Shown: positions 13,401 through 26,303 of the stretch, one piece after another
Numbering within the stretch: position 1 is the first letter of the stretch
How the letters are laid out: each line of letters begins with the position of its first letter
Source: Amoebophrya sp. A120
Lineage: Eukaryota; Protista; Dinoflagellata
NCBI GenBank assembly: GCA_905178155.1
Contig: CAJINV010000005.1
Coordinates: 2,817,804-2,881,803 of the forward strand
Length of the DNA: 64,000 nt
Reading direction: 5' to 3'
Made by a program: the position numbers and the translations under genes
Notes under the pieces: generated by a model
What the model saw: the letters and a program-made list of their open reading frames with translations, nothing else
What the model was told of the DNA's origin: nothing
The model's database searches: none

Positions 13401-13853
13401 GCTTGGCGAGCGGATCGTCCTCGTCGATCTGCTTCTTCTTTGCCATGTCTATCAGCTCGCTCTTACACTCAAACCACCCTCCCCTCGCACTGACAGAAGA
13501 CGCGTCGCCGCCTATCAGCTCGCGGACGTGCTTTGCAAGCACTCGCAGCCACACTGTTTTGTTGGCGCAGTTGGCAAGACAGTATCGAGATCGGACGCGG
13601 AGTCTGGCCTGGGATGACTGCGCGACACCGAACCGGAACGCCGCCACCTCGAGATCCGCCGCGTCAAGTCTGCCGTCTCGTGCCCCAGAAGGATGACCAA
13701 ATGCACACAATTAGGTCAAAATCATCATGACCGACGATAGCTACCTCACTAGATAATTTTAAAAAAATTTTCGCTTTCGTTTCAAATTCTTAATTCGATA
13801 ACGATAACAGATTTTTTTTCACCCCCTGCACGTCTCCGCAACACTTTGCGAAA

Positions 13854-14906
13854 CTATTGCAGGAAAATCATCTTAGCGATGTCACTGGAGCGGACTGCAG
13901 TGTAGGTCCGGTAAATTTGTCAAACAGTGCAGGTGCTGGAGGAGCTTCTTGCATTTCTGCGTCTGCAACTGGTGCTTCTGGTTCTGCTGGTACAAGCAGA
14001 AGTCATCCAGGTGCTCCTGCTGCGTCCTCTTCAGCAACGACACTACAGCAGAATCAACAGCTCGACAAAAGAACGCAGGAGCAGTCACGACAGTCTTTTC
14101 TGAACCGACAGAAAAACACGAAGGTGGATCAGATGGCGCAGTTCTCAGACGATTCAGCATCTTCGGACTACGAGGCAATCGAGACCATGTATGGCGGGGG
14201 GCGACGTCGCGCTGGTATTAAAGGCGATAGGAACAAACGCAAAACCGATAGCAGGAATCCAGCAAATGAAATGACCGACACAAAAATGGAAGAGGCCGCG
14301 GCGCCGTCTTGCTCTACTACCGGCGAAACTGCAGCCCAAGGACCCACAACATTGAAATTGATCCAGAACGACAACGATGATGAAAATATACAAGAGGTCT
14401 GCGAAGTAGACAACACCGACCCGCAGCAGCAATTGTGCAGTTACGTCGCTGGAACTACTACAAATGCGCCCGACGACCAATCCGACTCTGACAGTGAAGA
14501 ACGCGAAAAACTCCGGATTCAGAACAAGGTCCTTGACGAATCCCACCGGTACGCGCGGGAGCTGTTCGGGTTTCCGGGGGATCGGCGGCGAGACCACAAC
14601 TTAACCCGTGGCGGCCGGAAACTTTGCCCGACCATGGCAAACCGGCAGGTCGCGTGCAGCATCGTGGAATTCTACGCCTGCGGCGGCGTTCTGAGGTATC
14701 CCTACGAAAACGCGACACCCCTCGCGCAGGACTTCCTGGCCAAGTTGCTCACCGCGTTGGAGCAAGATCGGTTTTCAGCGAAGGAAGCGCTGCAACACCC
14801 CTGGATCACAACGATCGACTTCCGCGATCAGCAGTACCAGCGAAGCAAGAAGTTGCGGAAAAAATTCTCGAAGTTGAGGACAGTGTATGGCAGTAGAACG
14901 TCCTGA
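13854..14906 (+). other. Duplicated copy of the kinase last exon (no upstream exons; likely artefactual)
   Basis: Translation identical to 6663-7715. Confidence 0.75.
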
Positions 14907-17070
14907 TTGGTCGTGTATCTTTCCGTGCATACTATTCGTGGCCTCGATTTTTTCTTGATGAAGATGAAGTTGTAGTTGGCATGAAGATGGGTGAGCGCAT
15001 TCACGCAGTGGCATTTTTCGTTTACGATTATTTGGCGCGCTTTTGAAAAATAAAGGGCCGATGCGTCGGTTTTGATGTTGCATAGCAGAAAGAAACGAAA
15101 GTTCCATTACGCGTACGAAACAAAATCGAGCATCACGAAATGCATGGACGACAAATTTTTCAGCTATATAAAGTGGTGAGTCCATTGTCGCGACGATTCT
15201 GATGGTTCTGCGTGAGCTTTATGCAATAGCAATACCATATTTTCCGCGCACGTGCAAAATGCGACAGTTTTACTCAGGCTGGAACGCTTGTCATGCTGAC
15301 TTCTAGGACCGGAGGGCAGGCAAGTTTTGTTATGCAGCGATTCCGCATTTGTACGTGTACAGGAAATTATTCAAGTTTCCTGTGGATAAGCTTGCCAGCA
15401 ATTACATACACGCGCCGCCGGATGATCACTATTTGGCTTCTGGCACTGAAATTTGAAAACATTTTCCGATGCATAATGGTGGCTATCTGTTTAGGCGAAC
15501 AAGGCTGCAACTCTTTGCTTTTAGCACTTTCGAGTGCACCCTTCGGCGCTTTGTTTTATCCACGTAAAGGCTCCTAATACTCAACTACTCGCCCCACGTT
15601 ATTTTGGATGTTTCGCCGTCGAGTACTCCTCCTTGATGCAGACGCGTTTTTTTTTTTTACTTTCCGCTCGACGACACACTAACACCACTACGCCTAAAGC
15701 CACGACTCAGTGTAGTCGTCTTCACATTGACTTACGCACGACACACATCTGAGAATAGAAAATTTTAGTTGATATCTGTCATTTCTAATTTTCTGAGAAT
15801 TCAAAAAAAAATTGCATCTGCAGCTACCTATCTGCATATGTTCTCCAATGATTTCAGCCTGCCATGTATTGAACAAGAGCTGAAAATGATTGTTTGTTCG
15901 GGCCTACTTTGGTGGTGGAACGCGACGCTACTGCTCACCGTTTTGTTAGTGCTACAACTTTAAAGAATTAGGACATTGTAAATGTTCAACAAGTTGAGAT
16001 ATATTTTTCTTTTTCCACATTGGACGCGGCACTTATCGTATTGTAGAAGCGTTTCGCGGTCCATCGTTGACTCAGTCACCATGGGCATGAATCTTCTCTG
16101 CGATAAAGATAATTCGTGCAATTTGTTCCAATCCTTTTGACGATTTTTTTCTAGCATCTGTTTCTAGGTCTAGCTTTGTAATTGTAATATGTTGGATTTT
16201 TGAAACGTCAGGTGTTCCTATTCTGGCTTATCCCACGTTTTTACTTTTTGTGAAACGCAACTGCAAGCATGCCATGCTAAGGGCATTTCATCATCCAATT
16301 TTCCGTATTCTATGTCGAAAAATGTCCGCAAAATCAAAAGCAAAAATGAAACCCAGAGCTCGTTGTCGTTTGAAAGAATGTGAATGAAAATTTGATTTAT
16401 TTGTAAACGATAGATAGTGACTCTGTGGCTCGTCTTCCTGCGAATCGTGGATTGATGATGAAGCTTGTGTTTACTAACTGCAGGCAAGAACAGAGTGATC
16501 CATCCTGTCTGTTGTGTTGTCTTCGTCTTGCCCCTGCTTGTAATTGAACGTGATTGCGCTCTTCAGAGAGAAATTTTCGAAGATCCTCGTTCTTGGAGAT
16601 CAGCAGATTGTCGTGGTTTTTTGATCTTGGAAGTTGCCGCTTCAGAAGATCCCGTCTTGCTAGTATTGTGTTATTGCCAATTTTATGCGAGTTATTCGTC
16701 CCGTTCCAATCTGCTTCGGCTCGGAGTCATGGTCTATTTTTTGCTGGATTGATTTTCCCCCGCCTGCACCTGCAATTGCATTCGGTCGTGCTCCGTGCAC
16801 GCAGTAAAATAATGTCATGATTCGTAAACATTGAGTCAGTTCAACATGGAGCCCCTAGAGGTACGATATTTTCGTGCAGGTTGCAAAAGCCTGCGCGACT
16901 TTTTTCTGGCATTTTTCTATTGTCTTTTTCCTACGCAAGAAGGTTCTGACAAATTTTCAGAAAGAAGAGGATGCGCAGGTCGCCGCAAGTCCAAAGCACA
17001 TCAACCGTGTGCTGCTGCTGCTCGGGCGGTACTCGTCTACAAACGACGGTCGAGGACCAAAAGCGGGGTC

Positions 17071-17137
17071 GGGGACGCAAGAGTGATGTCATACCGCAAA
17101 GAAATCCTCCTCGTGCTTCCCATCGTAGTGTGCTCGC
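17071..17137 (+). repeat. Long direct repeat, copy 1 of 3 (also at 9880-9946 in the duplicated block)
   Basis: ggggacgcaagagtgatgtcataccgcaaagaaatcctcctcgtgcttcccatcgt(agt)gtgctcgc. Confidence 0.92.
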
Positions 17138-17147
17138 GATCAAGAGT

Positions 17148-18338
17148 TTATGTTTTAAACGGTCGTTAGCATACAGAAGGGTGAATTCCCAGTGAATTTG
17201 TATTGCGTGGCATGATGCATGAATTAATCAGGTGCATGCGAAGAACACGGGGACAACATACAAGAAGCCAGCGCGCCGTGTTGATGGGCTGCTTGGCTGG
17301 TGGCGCTTCCCTCCTGTGGACGCTTGCCGCTTGTTGCCCAAAGTGGCGCACCTGGTGGACTGCGAAGCAACGCAGGTGGCTTGTGGCGGTCTTACAACAC
17401 GACGCTGCATGATCCGCCGACTCGATAGTGGCGGATCGACCGGGACGAGGGCCATGCCTGAAAAGGTGGCCAAATGTACTAGCTCAACATGTCAAAATAG
17501 AGAAGTCGCGTCACGGGTTGTGGCTGCCTCGGCTTGGATATCTGAAGACAGGTTGCTACGGATGCTAGCATCGCCTGCTTTGCTCTGTAAGTAACCTCTT
17601 CCCAGCTGTGTTCCTGCCTCATCTTGGTCGGTTCCTCTAGTAGTCTTCTTTGACGTGACCCCCAGGTCAGGAATTCTCTTGGTGAATTTTGGGGCTTTTT
17701 CTTTTTGTTAAACTTTTTGGAAGCCCCAAAACCCGGAGTTTCTCACGCGCTAGCGAATTTTGAAAATGAGCCGGAGGCCAAAATTCACCGGCGCCCTTTT
17801 CAAAATTCACCCCAAAACTCACCGGGCGCCCCTTTTCGACCGTGATACGCAAACTTTAGCGCAGAAAAGTGCTCAAAAAAGTGCACAGATAGGCCATGAG
17901 AAGGAACGCAAAGGGGGGAAAAGCGGAGTCCTCTGCTGCCCTAAGCCCGTCTGTGTTCTGCTGAAAATGCCGCAAGATTTCACGCGCCTGCCGGAAAAAT
18001 GCTTCAAAGCTCTCGGTCGGGTCCTTTCGTCCTTGCCTGCCTTCTTGCTTAGTTGTATGCGCTTCGCAGCCTTTATTTCTGGCGTCCTTGCCGCGGCTGC
18101 TGCAGTGCTCTTCTGCGAGAACGGGGAGGCGCAAAAATCTGCCCAAAGAACGGCGCCCGGGCCATGTCCTCTGGCTGCCCACTGCACAAAAGCCCGCGGC
18201 TGCTGCGCGGTGCAGGGCCTTCTACTTCCCAGAACAGGGCCAAGAGGGACAATGTCCCGGCGGGCTCATCTGCAATTTGGCATGCAAAATCCACTACAAA
18301 TTCACCACTTCTCATGCTAACGGGTGTTAAAGCTCTAG
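17148..18338. mobile_element. 1.2-kb non-autonomous TIR element, copy 1
   Basis: Ends ttatgttttaaacggtcgttagcat...atgctaacgggtgttaaagctctag. Flanked by tcaagagt/gcaagagt (8 bp, 1 mismatch). Inverted homologue of 18401-19588. Confidence 0.85.
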
Positions 18339-18400
18339 GCAAGAGTGATGTCATACCGCAAAGAAATCCTCCTCGTGCTTCCCATCGTGTGCTCGCTTAT
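18339..18400 (+). repeat. Long direct repeat, copy 2 of 3
   Basis: gcaagagtgatg...catcgtgtgctcgcttat, lying between the two inverted elements. Confidence 0.92.
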
Positions 18401-19588
18401 TTAGAGCTTTAACGCCCGTTAGCATGAGAAGTTGCGAATTTGTAGCGAATTTTGCATGACAAATTGCAGGTGGGTCCGCCGGTACATTGTCCCTCTTGCC
18501 CTTCTGGGAAGTGGGTTCTGCACACCGCAGAAGTCAAGGCTTATGCGGCGGGCAGCTTCTAGACATGGCCTGGGTGCCGTTCTATGGCCATGCCCATTCG
18601 TCTCCCTGTGCTCGCATAAGAGCACTGCAGCAGCCGCGGCAAAGACGCCAAAAAGAAAGGCTGCGAAGCGCATGCAATTAGGCAGGAAGGCGCAAAAAAA
18701 AGGGTGAAAGGACCAGGCCGAGAGCTTTGACGCGTCTATCCGGCAGGCGCGTGAACTTTCCAGGCCTCTTCGGCAGAATATAGAGGCGCTGAGGGCAACA
18801 GAGGGCGCTTGTCTTTTCCCCTGCTCGGCCCCACTTCCCAGGGCCTATGTGCGGACATTCTTAAGCACTTTGCTGCGCTGAAGTTTGCTTATCACGGTGG
18901 AAAAGGGGAGCCCGGTGAATTTTGGGGTGAATTTTGAAAAAAGTGCCGGCGAATTTTGGCCTACGGCACTTGTTCAAAATTCGCTGGCGCATGAGAAACT
19001 CCGGGTTTTGGAGCTTCAAAAAATTTTCGCAAAAAGAAGAAGCCTCAAAATTCACCAAGAAAATTCCTGACCTGGAGGTCTCGCCAAAGAAGACTAGAGG
19101 ACCCGACCAAGATGAGGCAGGAACACAGCTGGGAAGAAGTTACAGAGCAAAGCAGGCGAAGCTAGCATCCATTGCAACGCGTCTCCAGCTATCCAAGCCG
19201 AGACAGCAACAACCCGTGACGCGACTTCTCTATTTTGAGATATTGAGCTACTGCCCCTGCCCCCCTTTCCAGGCATGGCCCTCCCTATCGATCTGCCACC
19301 ATCGCGTCTGCGGATCAACATGCAGCATCGTGCTGTAAAACCGGCGCCACAAGCCACCTGTGTTGCCTCGCAGTCGCTAGGTGCGCCCCGGTGGGCAACA
19401 GGCGGCAAGCGTCCACAGGAGGGCAGCGTCACCAGCCAGGCGGCCCATCAACACGGCGCGCTGGCTGCTTGTTTTCCTCGTGTTCTTCGCATGATGCACG
19501 TGATAGATTAGTTCATGATGCATTGCCACGCAATACAAATTCACTGCAAAATCACCCTTCTGTATGCTAACGCCCGTCCAAGGCATAA
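18401..19588. mobile_element. 1.2-kb non-autonomous TIR element, copy 2 (opposite orientation, diverged)
   Basis: Ends ttagagctttaacgcccgttagcat...atgctaacgcccgtccaaggcataa. Colinear reverse complement of copy 1 with many substitutions. Confidence 0.85.
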
Positions 19589-19591
19589 GGT

Positions 19592-19659
19592 GGGGACGCA
19601 AGAGTGATGTCATACCGCAGAGAAATCCTCCTCGTGCTTCCCATCGTGTGCTCGCTTAT
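19592..19659 (+). repeat. Long direct repeat, copy 3 of 3; contains the probable start codon of the O-FucT-like gene
   Basis: ATG at 19607 reads MSYRREILLVLPIVCSLI. Confidence 0.9.
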
Positions 19660-22600
19660 CACTTCAGAATTTCTCGTCCCCGCACAAGTTCACCTCTCGT
19701 CCCCGTCAGAAGCCGGGATATTAAAAACCCCAACCCCGCCCAACGAGACCCTCCTCCTCCGCCCTTCCGGCACCCCGAAGCAGCGGCCGGTGCAATGTTT
19801 TGCGCATTCGGAGTTGACGTACCGTATCAAATGCAAAAATGTCTGGGTCTGGAAGGTTGGAACTTGTGATGCTAACTTTGGATATATAAAAAAATCTGTA
19901 TTGCATGACCAGCAGGAGGAGTCCTGTTTGTGCTACGCGGGGAGGGCATTTGTCATGCGGGATGGGCATCAGGAAGGCCTCTAAAAATATGTGATGCTAG
20001 ATCATGCATTACAGACATCCCGAGTCATGCAAAATATGCATGACAAACCTGGTAACCTTCCAGACCCAGACATTTTTACATTTGATATACCAACGGTGCT
20101 GTCAACAGCGGCAGGAGCACTGCGTCTCCACGCTGTCCGACCCTGCGTTTTTCTACAAGGCCTGCTGCGAAGACCGGTACCTATCAAATGTAAAAATGTC
20201 TGGGTCTGGAAGATTTTGAGGTTTGTCATGCATATTTTGGAAGACTCATGATGTCTGTGATGCATGCGCTAGCATGACAGATTTTTGGAGGCCTTTGTGA
20301 TGCCTCTACCGCATGAGAAATGCCCTCCCCGGGTAGCACAAACTGGAGTTCTGTTGCCGGTCATGCCATGCAAATTTTTTTAGAGTCCAGAGACAGCATC
20401 ACAAGTTTAGAATCTTCCAGACCCAGACACTTTTGCATTTGATAGTACCTCGCGGTCAACGACGTTCCCGCGCACCTGGGAAATCTCGTCATATCCTGTG
20501 CAAAAGTGTCGTACTCGTATAAATGCAAGTCTTGCATTACAAATCTTTATCGTAAGGGAAATCCGCATTACAAATTTTCTCTCTTATGCTGAGAAAATTT
20601 GTAATGCATTTATACGAGTACGATACTTTTGCAGTTCACACGTCACCGCGCTGGTCGATATGGCATACATCGCGAAGCAAACAGACAGGATACTGTTGGC
20701 GCCAGTGGACAAAAAACTCTTTGGCCCGGTGTTCAGCGATTTACGAGACTGGTATAATCGCAACGGGGGCGCGCCGGATCTTCATGCTGGTAGTTCGCAT
20801 TCTGTCGGCAGCGACAAGGGTAAAAATAATATCAACGTCGAAAGGCTGATAGATGACGGTCTCTCCGAAAGCGATCCTGCAGCGCTGTGGCAGTTTCTGC
20901 GAAAAGCTAAAACATCATTGCAAAAGGGAACTGCAGCAACCGAGCACGGAGCAAACCAAGAGCAGGAGCGTCAGGAGGCCCTTTATTGGGCGAAGCGACT
21001 GTATAGGAAGCGATTTCGAGAGCGGGCTGATGTGAACCCCTTGGTGAGCCTGGTCGGTCAGAGACCAAAAACTAGCGAACAGGCGCATCATAATAATCAT
21101 CCTGCCGGTGCAAACAGGACGGCAGAAGGCAGACTTGAGGCAGCACAAGCAGCACGCTCGTCGACCAGCGGCCGTGGTCCTCGAGGAACCTACAGAGAAG
21201 CGGCACCCCTTCATTATCAAGCTCTCAAGGATCTCCCCGTGACCGCAAGCAATCTGAGAAAGCTCGCCCTCGCCTACGAGCAGAAAACCCAGAGGTTCCG
21301 TGCGGTGATTGGCCGGTCTTTTTTCAAGCTCGGCTGCCCGCAACTCCCCGTGGTCGACATCGCGGGCGGGGGTCGGGAGGGTCCGTTTCGCTTCGCCTTA
21401 GATCAACAGGGCGCCGAAACCAGTCCGGCGAAGCTGATTTTGATTTATCAGGGTTTGTACCACGATCACTCGCTGGACACGATCATGCAGCTGCACGGTA
21501 AAAAACAAATTCTCGCGGACAAAAAGACCAAAACCATGCTGGAGAATTTTCCGACGAAAATCTCCAGCAAGAGAAGTAGAGGCTCTACTACTTCAAAGAG
21601 GACTACTGGAGATCATGTTGAAGTAGACGTCGACCCGGATGAAGATGATTTTAATTCCTCAGACGAAGACACGGAAACGCAAAAGATTTCCTTCTCCGGC
21701 CACTTTCCGGATAACTACCCCGTGGGCGGAAGGGAGGAGATATCCACTGCAAAAGTATCTCACGACTGGCATCGGTTGCATACATACTGTATGAACCAGT
21801 TGCAATACAGCAATACAAATTTCATTTTTCCTAAATGTAAATCTGCAACCACCACGCAAACCATAGCTAGTACAACGGCACTTTTGCAATGCATAGGAGA
21901 CCATTGCACGCATGGAGAAGAAGATGGAGGAGGAGCAGAAGCTCGCGGAGAAGGATACTGAATACGACAGGACGATGAAGTCGCGGATTGACGAGATGGA
22001 GCTCCACTACATGCTCTTACGGGACCGGTGGGTCGCGAGATTTCCGCAAGTCGTCAGATTAACCGGCGAGGACGCAATTACTTTCTGGGATGAGATGGAG
22101 AAACCGATCCGATATCCTCGCGGAAATGACCAGAGCGGCGGCAATGAAAACGTGCAATTCCTGAAAAGAGCGATACTACGGAAGTACGAAGCGCTGTATA
22201 CTTCGCAAATAAATGCTTCATCAGCAGAGGCAAGACAAAAGTTCTATCACCTACTCTTCCACTCCAACCCCCCTGTTTCTCAGCTGAGAAATCTCTACCG
22301 CTTTCTGTACCACGACGACGCCGCGCCGTCGAGATTGTTACCTCCTGGGTTGGTCAAACCATTTCTGGTTTCCGAGTGCGGGAGTCCGGATTACGGAGAG
22401 AGTGGAAACTCGGTCGCTTTACTGAAATACGCGGAACGGCAGAACGAGTTTCTTTTTGGACATCAAGCAAATTTTCTGCAAACCGCTGCAGAAGAAGACG
22501 CGAGCAGAAATCACATGAAACGAGTGCGACACCGCGAACACGGAGCAAGTAAAAGCCGGCTTCTCGATCGGCTCAACAAGCAGCGCGTGAACCACCTGCA

Positions 22601-25600
22601 CGCGCACCATCGCCCCTGTTTGGTCGACCGGTTCCTGCAGAGCAGCTACATGAAGGACCACAAGTGCGCGATGCTGCACCAAGTCTTTCATTTTGTCGAC
22701 TGGACCGTGGAAGACGCGGACTTCAAAAGAATTTTCCTCGCCAGTCTGTGGATCCATGTCGTGGAGGAGAACGCGATCAGGCCGTATATTGGATTGATAC
22801 AGCCGGCGGACCGTGAAGATGTTCTTCCCCGAAGAACAGACGCAAATGTGGTCCAACCGAATGATCGAAGTTCCTCTTCTCTCCGGCTAACCGAGCTTCT
22901 CCATTTCCTCGCCACGAACCGCATCATCGCGGTGCATTTCCGCGGGGCTTGGGGCTACCAGGGCGTGGGGCTGCAGATCCTGGAATTGGTGAAAAAAACC
23001 GGAATTCAACTCGTCTACATAGCGACCGACAACATCCGCTTCGAGCCGTTTCGGGAACTGGTCACGACGTTGCGAGACGAGTTTCAACTTACCGTGCTTT
23101 CCTCAGAACTCTCGGAAGCGATTGCGGCTGGAATCGGAAAGGAAATCAGCGGGGTAGCAGATCATGCCACCACTGCTGCTCAAGGCCAGACTGAAGATGA
23201 CAGCCGCTCCTTCGGCGAAAAATTGCCGACGTTTCAAAGTGCTTGCACTGGCACTGGCGTGTTGAGTTGTATCGTCGAAGCAGGAAGTGCTTCTCCAACA
23301 TCGTCACTACCGGCCGAAGCTGTGGTGGAACCGACTGCTAGCACCCCTGAACGAAAAGAACCTTTATCAGAAGAAGACGCGGAAGCCGCTGCGTTTCTTC
23401 GGGGTGATGAAGAAGCAGAAACTACTGGCAGCACTGCCGCCCATAATATAATCCCCACCCCAGACGAGCCCGTTTTTAACAGCGCAATCCCATGGCACAA
23501 GCACCACTTGGAATCTCACCGGGGCAAACTGCCTAATCTGGCGCTGCACATCGACTTGTGCATCTGCACCCTGGCAAGCAGTTTCCTGGGACAGCCGTTA
23601 TCCAGCCTGTCCGAGCTGATCATGAATTTCAGGACCGTCGTGCGGCAAATGCACGGACGAGGTGATGATATTGAAGATGCCGGAAAAACCACCACTTCTA
23701 GTACCGGCAAAAGTGCCAGCAGCGAAGTAGATGCAACAGAAACTACAGTCTTGTCGTCGCAGAAATGGAAAAGATTTATTCTGAAGAGGCACTACAGAAG
23801 TAGTCACAAGGGAAAAAGTGAGACCAAGAACCGCGGTAAGGACGTAAGCCCAACCTGGCAGACTTCCACACACCCGGTGCTGGCGTTTTACAGAAAAGTG
23901 TTTCAGCAGGTGCAGCAGTCGCCATCGTCTTCCACCCTGCCGCGCGGGGCTGCACCAAATCCGACCGCATCTTCGTCCTCACCCGCTTCCTCGTATGCAG
24001 TATCTACTAGCCCCCGCCGGACGGATATCGCAAGAAAAAAGTGTTACAGTTACACATTGTCATGCAAGACTGGCAACAGAGACAACCTTTCTCATGCAGG
24101 AAATGCTTCGGAGCTTCGTTTTCTTCCTGCTTTCCCTTGTGATCTTCGCATTACAAGTTTTCTCTACCACCCAGAGAAAATTTGTGATGCAGAAACTCCA
24201 GCAAGTGTGTAACTGTAACACTTTTTTCCGTGGATAACGGAAGCCTTTCTGCACCTACCGCGCGATGTCCTTCCTGTGGATCAGATTTTCCCCATCAGCT
24301 TCTACAGCGCCGATGAAATCGTCAAAGCAGATTGGATGCAGAACTTGATTGACGCGTTTCACATTTTGCAGAAGCAAGAAGCACAGAAGTCGACGGACAG
24401 CACGACAGACGCACGAGGACAAGGAAGTGAAAACAAGAAAAGCCCAGAACAGAAGATCAGCAGCCTTGTTGCGAGTTCCGGCGCATCGAGTGCTACAACT
24501 ACTTCGCTATCGCTTTCGACCTACTACATTCCCGCCGTGTTCACGGACCCGCTACCGCAACCGCAAGCCCCCGGGGGACACAACTACAGTCACCTTCTGT
24601 ACAGCAAATTTGTGATGCGATTGACCCAGTACTACCTCGCCTACAACGAAGAGACAAACGAGTACGAGCGCGCGGAAAATTCCAGATACGAGGACTTACT
24701 CCGTCCCTTACACAAGAACCCGAAAAATCATGACGACCTCCAGCACGACTTTGACCTAACAAAAGACTGGACGCAGGCCACGGTGTTCGCCGCCACCTTC
24801 TACCACGACTTGGGACGGAGAAAGTGCCACTCCATGGGGCTGTTGCTCCGCTTACGGTTTGTGGTGTTGTTTGTGTTGTTTGGAAACTACAACAAATTTG
24901 AATGCGTCCGGGAGTTGAGCATTTTCGGCTACTTGTTGTACACAGAGATTTTCAACCAGGGGCTCGGCGTGTGGCGGTTTCTGCGAAATTTTGTCCGGTT
25001 GCCGGAGGAAGAACCGGCAGGAAATGCTGTTGAAGATGGAACTGCAGCAAAGGAGGAATTATTATTTCCAGAAACCACAACAGCAAACATCTCTTCCAAA
25101 TCCCGGCAGCAAGAGTGGATTTCGCTTCTCAACCTCCTCCGCTTATTCCTGCAAAGAACCAAATGCCGCGGGCAGTACTTGCAAACGTTTTCCGACAAAG
25201 TCACCGAAGACGATGACTACCTGCACGCGTTTTACCGCCCGGAGGCCCCGTTCTTCCAGAAAACACCGATCCGGCAAAAAGCGCTGCTAAACAAATTTGT
25301 GAAAGAAGAGGGGGAGACACTGTACATTGCGCCAAGTGTCGAGTTGGTTCTGCCGAAGAAGTGCAGAAGTAGGGCCGCGCAAGAGGATTTCGTTGTTGGT
25401 GGCAGCAGCAGAAATGTTGAAGCAGGTCTGAGTCATCAAGAAGACGAAGAAATCGCGCAAAGAACTCTGGAAGAAGATTCGAAAGCGAAGCAGACCGTGC
25501 TTTCCTACTTCGCCGGGCCGGATAAGTTTGAACTCTCTTTCCTGTTTCCCGGCCTGCGGGCCCCGTCGCGGGAGTTCGACGACCGGCACACGTATCGCGT

Positions 25601-26303
25601 GCCGGATGCGGCTTGGGGCGACGGGTTGGGACACAAGGACATGTTTGGCGGGCCGGTGCGAAAGTTTCGACCGGGTGAGCATTGCGAGGGCTTGGGGGAG
25701 GACGATGTGCGGGCGGGAGTCTATCTCGAGCTGCAACGGTTGCAGGATGACGTGGCGGGGAAGGTTCAGGGAATGACGCAGATCGCTCCATCTGAAGCAG
25801 CAGTTGTACATAAAAAAAAGCAGCAGGAGGACCACTACCCAGGTTGCGATCTGCAGCTTCTTGCAAACTGCGGGTTGGTTGAATCGATGAAAGAAGAAAG
25901 TGGTTCTTCGACGTCGCGCGAAGGTGGGAACAAAAAGAAAAAAAGGTCGTGGACGGAAATTACGCTGAACTTTCTCAATGTGCAGAAAGTGTTCGAGATT
26001 GTGATCAGAGAAGACGATCCGGAGCCTCATCATCCAAACCACGTAGTTAAAAACAATGATGTTCCTTCTAATGACGCGGAAAGCCAAAGAGCGCATCATG
26101 ACGCTCCATATTTTGCGCCCTGCCCCTCTACGAACCCCTCGCTTCTGCAGCAGACGGTGCTCTCTTGTTTCCAGACGGGCGACATGCAGGTCAAGAACGC
26201 CTCCGGGTATCTCCGATTTCTGGAAATCTGGAATGACAACACGTTTACAAGGGAAGGCGCCACCACCGCGGCAAGCGTGCAGTGCGTGCATGAGAAGGAA
26301 TGA
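19607..26303 (+). CDS. GDP-fucose O-fucosyltransferase-like (GT-B fold) large protein with an N-terminal signal/anchor; five introner introns
   Basis: The spliced product shows YLAVNDVPAHLGNLVTALVDMAYIAKQTDRILLAP, IIAVHFRG, LVYIATD and HIDLCICTLASSFLGQPLSSLSELIMNFR, which are the characteristic O-FucT family motifs in order. Approximate exons: 19607-19824, 20093-20181, 20450-20491, 20646-21740, 21901-24025, 24242-26303. Confidence 0.82.
19825..20087. mobile_element. Introner, family A (reverse orientation relative to 2130-2397)
   Basis: 31-bp TIR; DR taccg/tacca; in-frame join ELTY|QRCC. Confidence 0.93.
20182..20444. mobile_element. Introner, family A
   Basis: TIR present; DR gtacc; join EDRY|LAVN. 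Confidence 0.95.
20492..20640. mobile_element. Introner, family B
   Basis: Ends tatcctgtgcaaaagtgtcgtactcgtataaatgca...tgcatttatacgagtacgatacttttgcagttcaca; DR cgtca; join GNLV|TALV. Confidence 0.93.
21741..21895. mobile_element. Introner, family B-like (diverged)
   Basis: Ends tatccactgcaaaagt...acttttgcaatgcata; DR ggaga; join GREE|TIARMEKK. Confidence 0.9.
24026..24236. mobile_element. Introner, family C
   Basis: TIR gaaaaaagtgttacagttacac; DR acgga; join PRRT|EAFL. Confidence 0.93.

Larger units (their letters stand above)
10406..17595 (+). repeat. Copy 2 of the 7,190-bp duplication (probable unmerged contig overlap)
   Basis: Begins immediately after the N, inside the 2.1-kb element just past its GC-rich palindromic left TIR. 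Confidence 0.93.

Noticed and set aside
10406-17595. Real segmental duplication giving a second kinase
   Set aside because: Near-identity and an N at the junction point to an assembly artefact, and the copy lacks the upstream exons.
17071-19659. CRISPR-like array (three repeats with spacers)
   Set aside because: The spacers are 1.2-kb inverted homologues, the repeat is host coding sequence, no cas genes are present and the context is eukaryotic.
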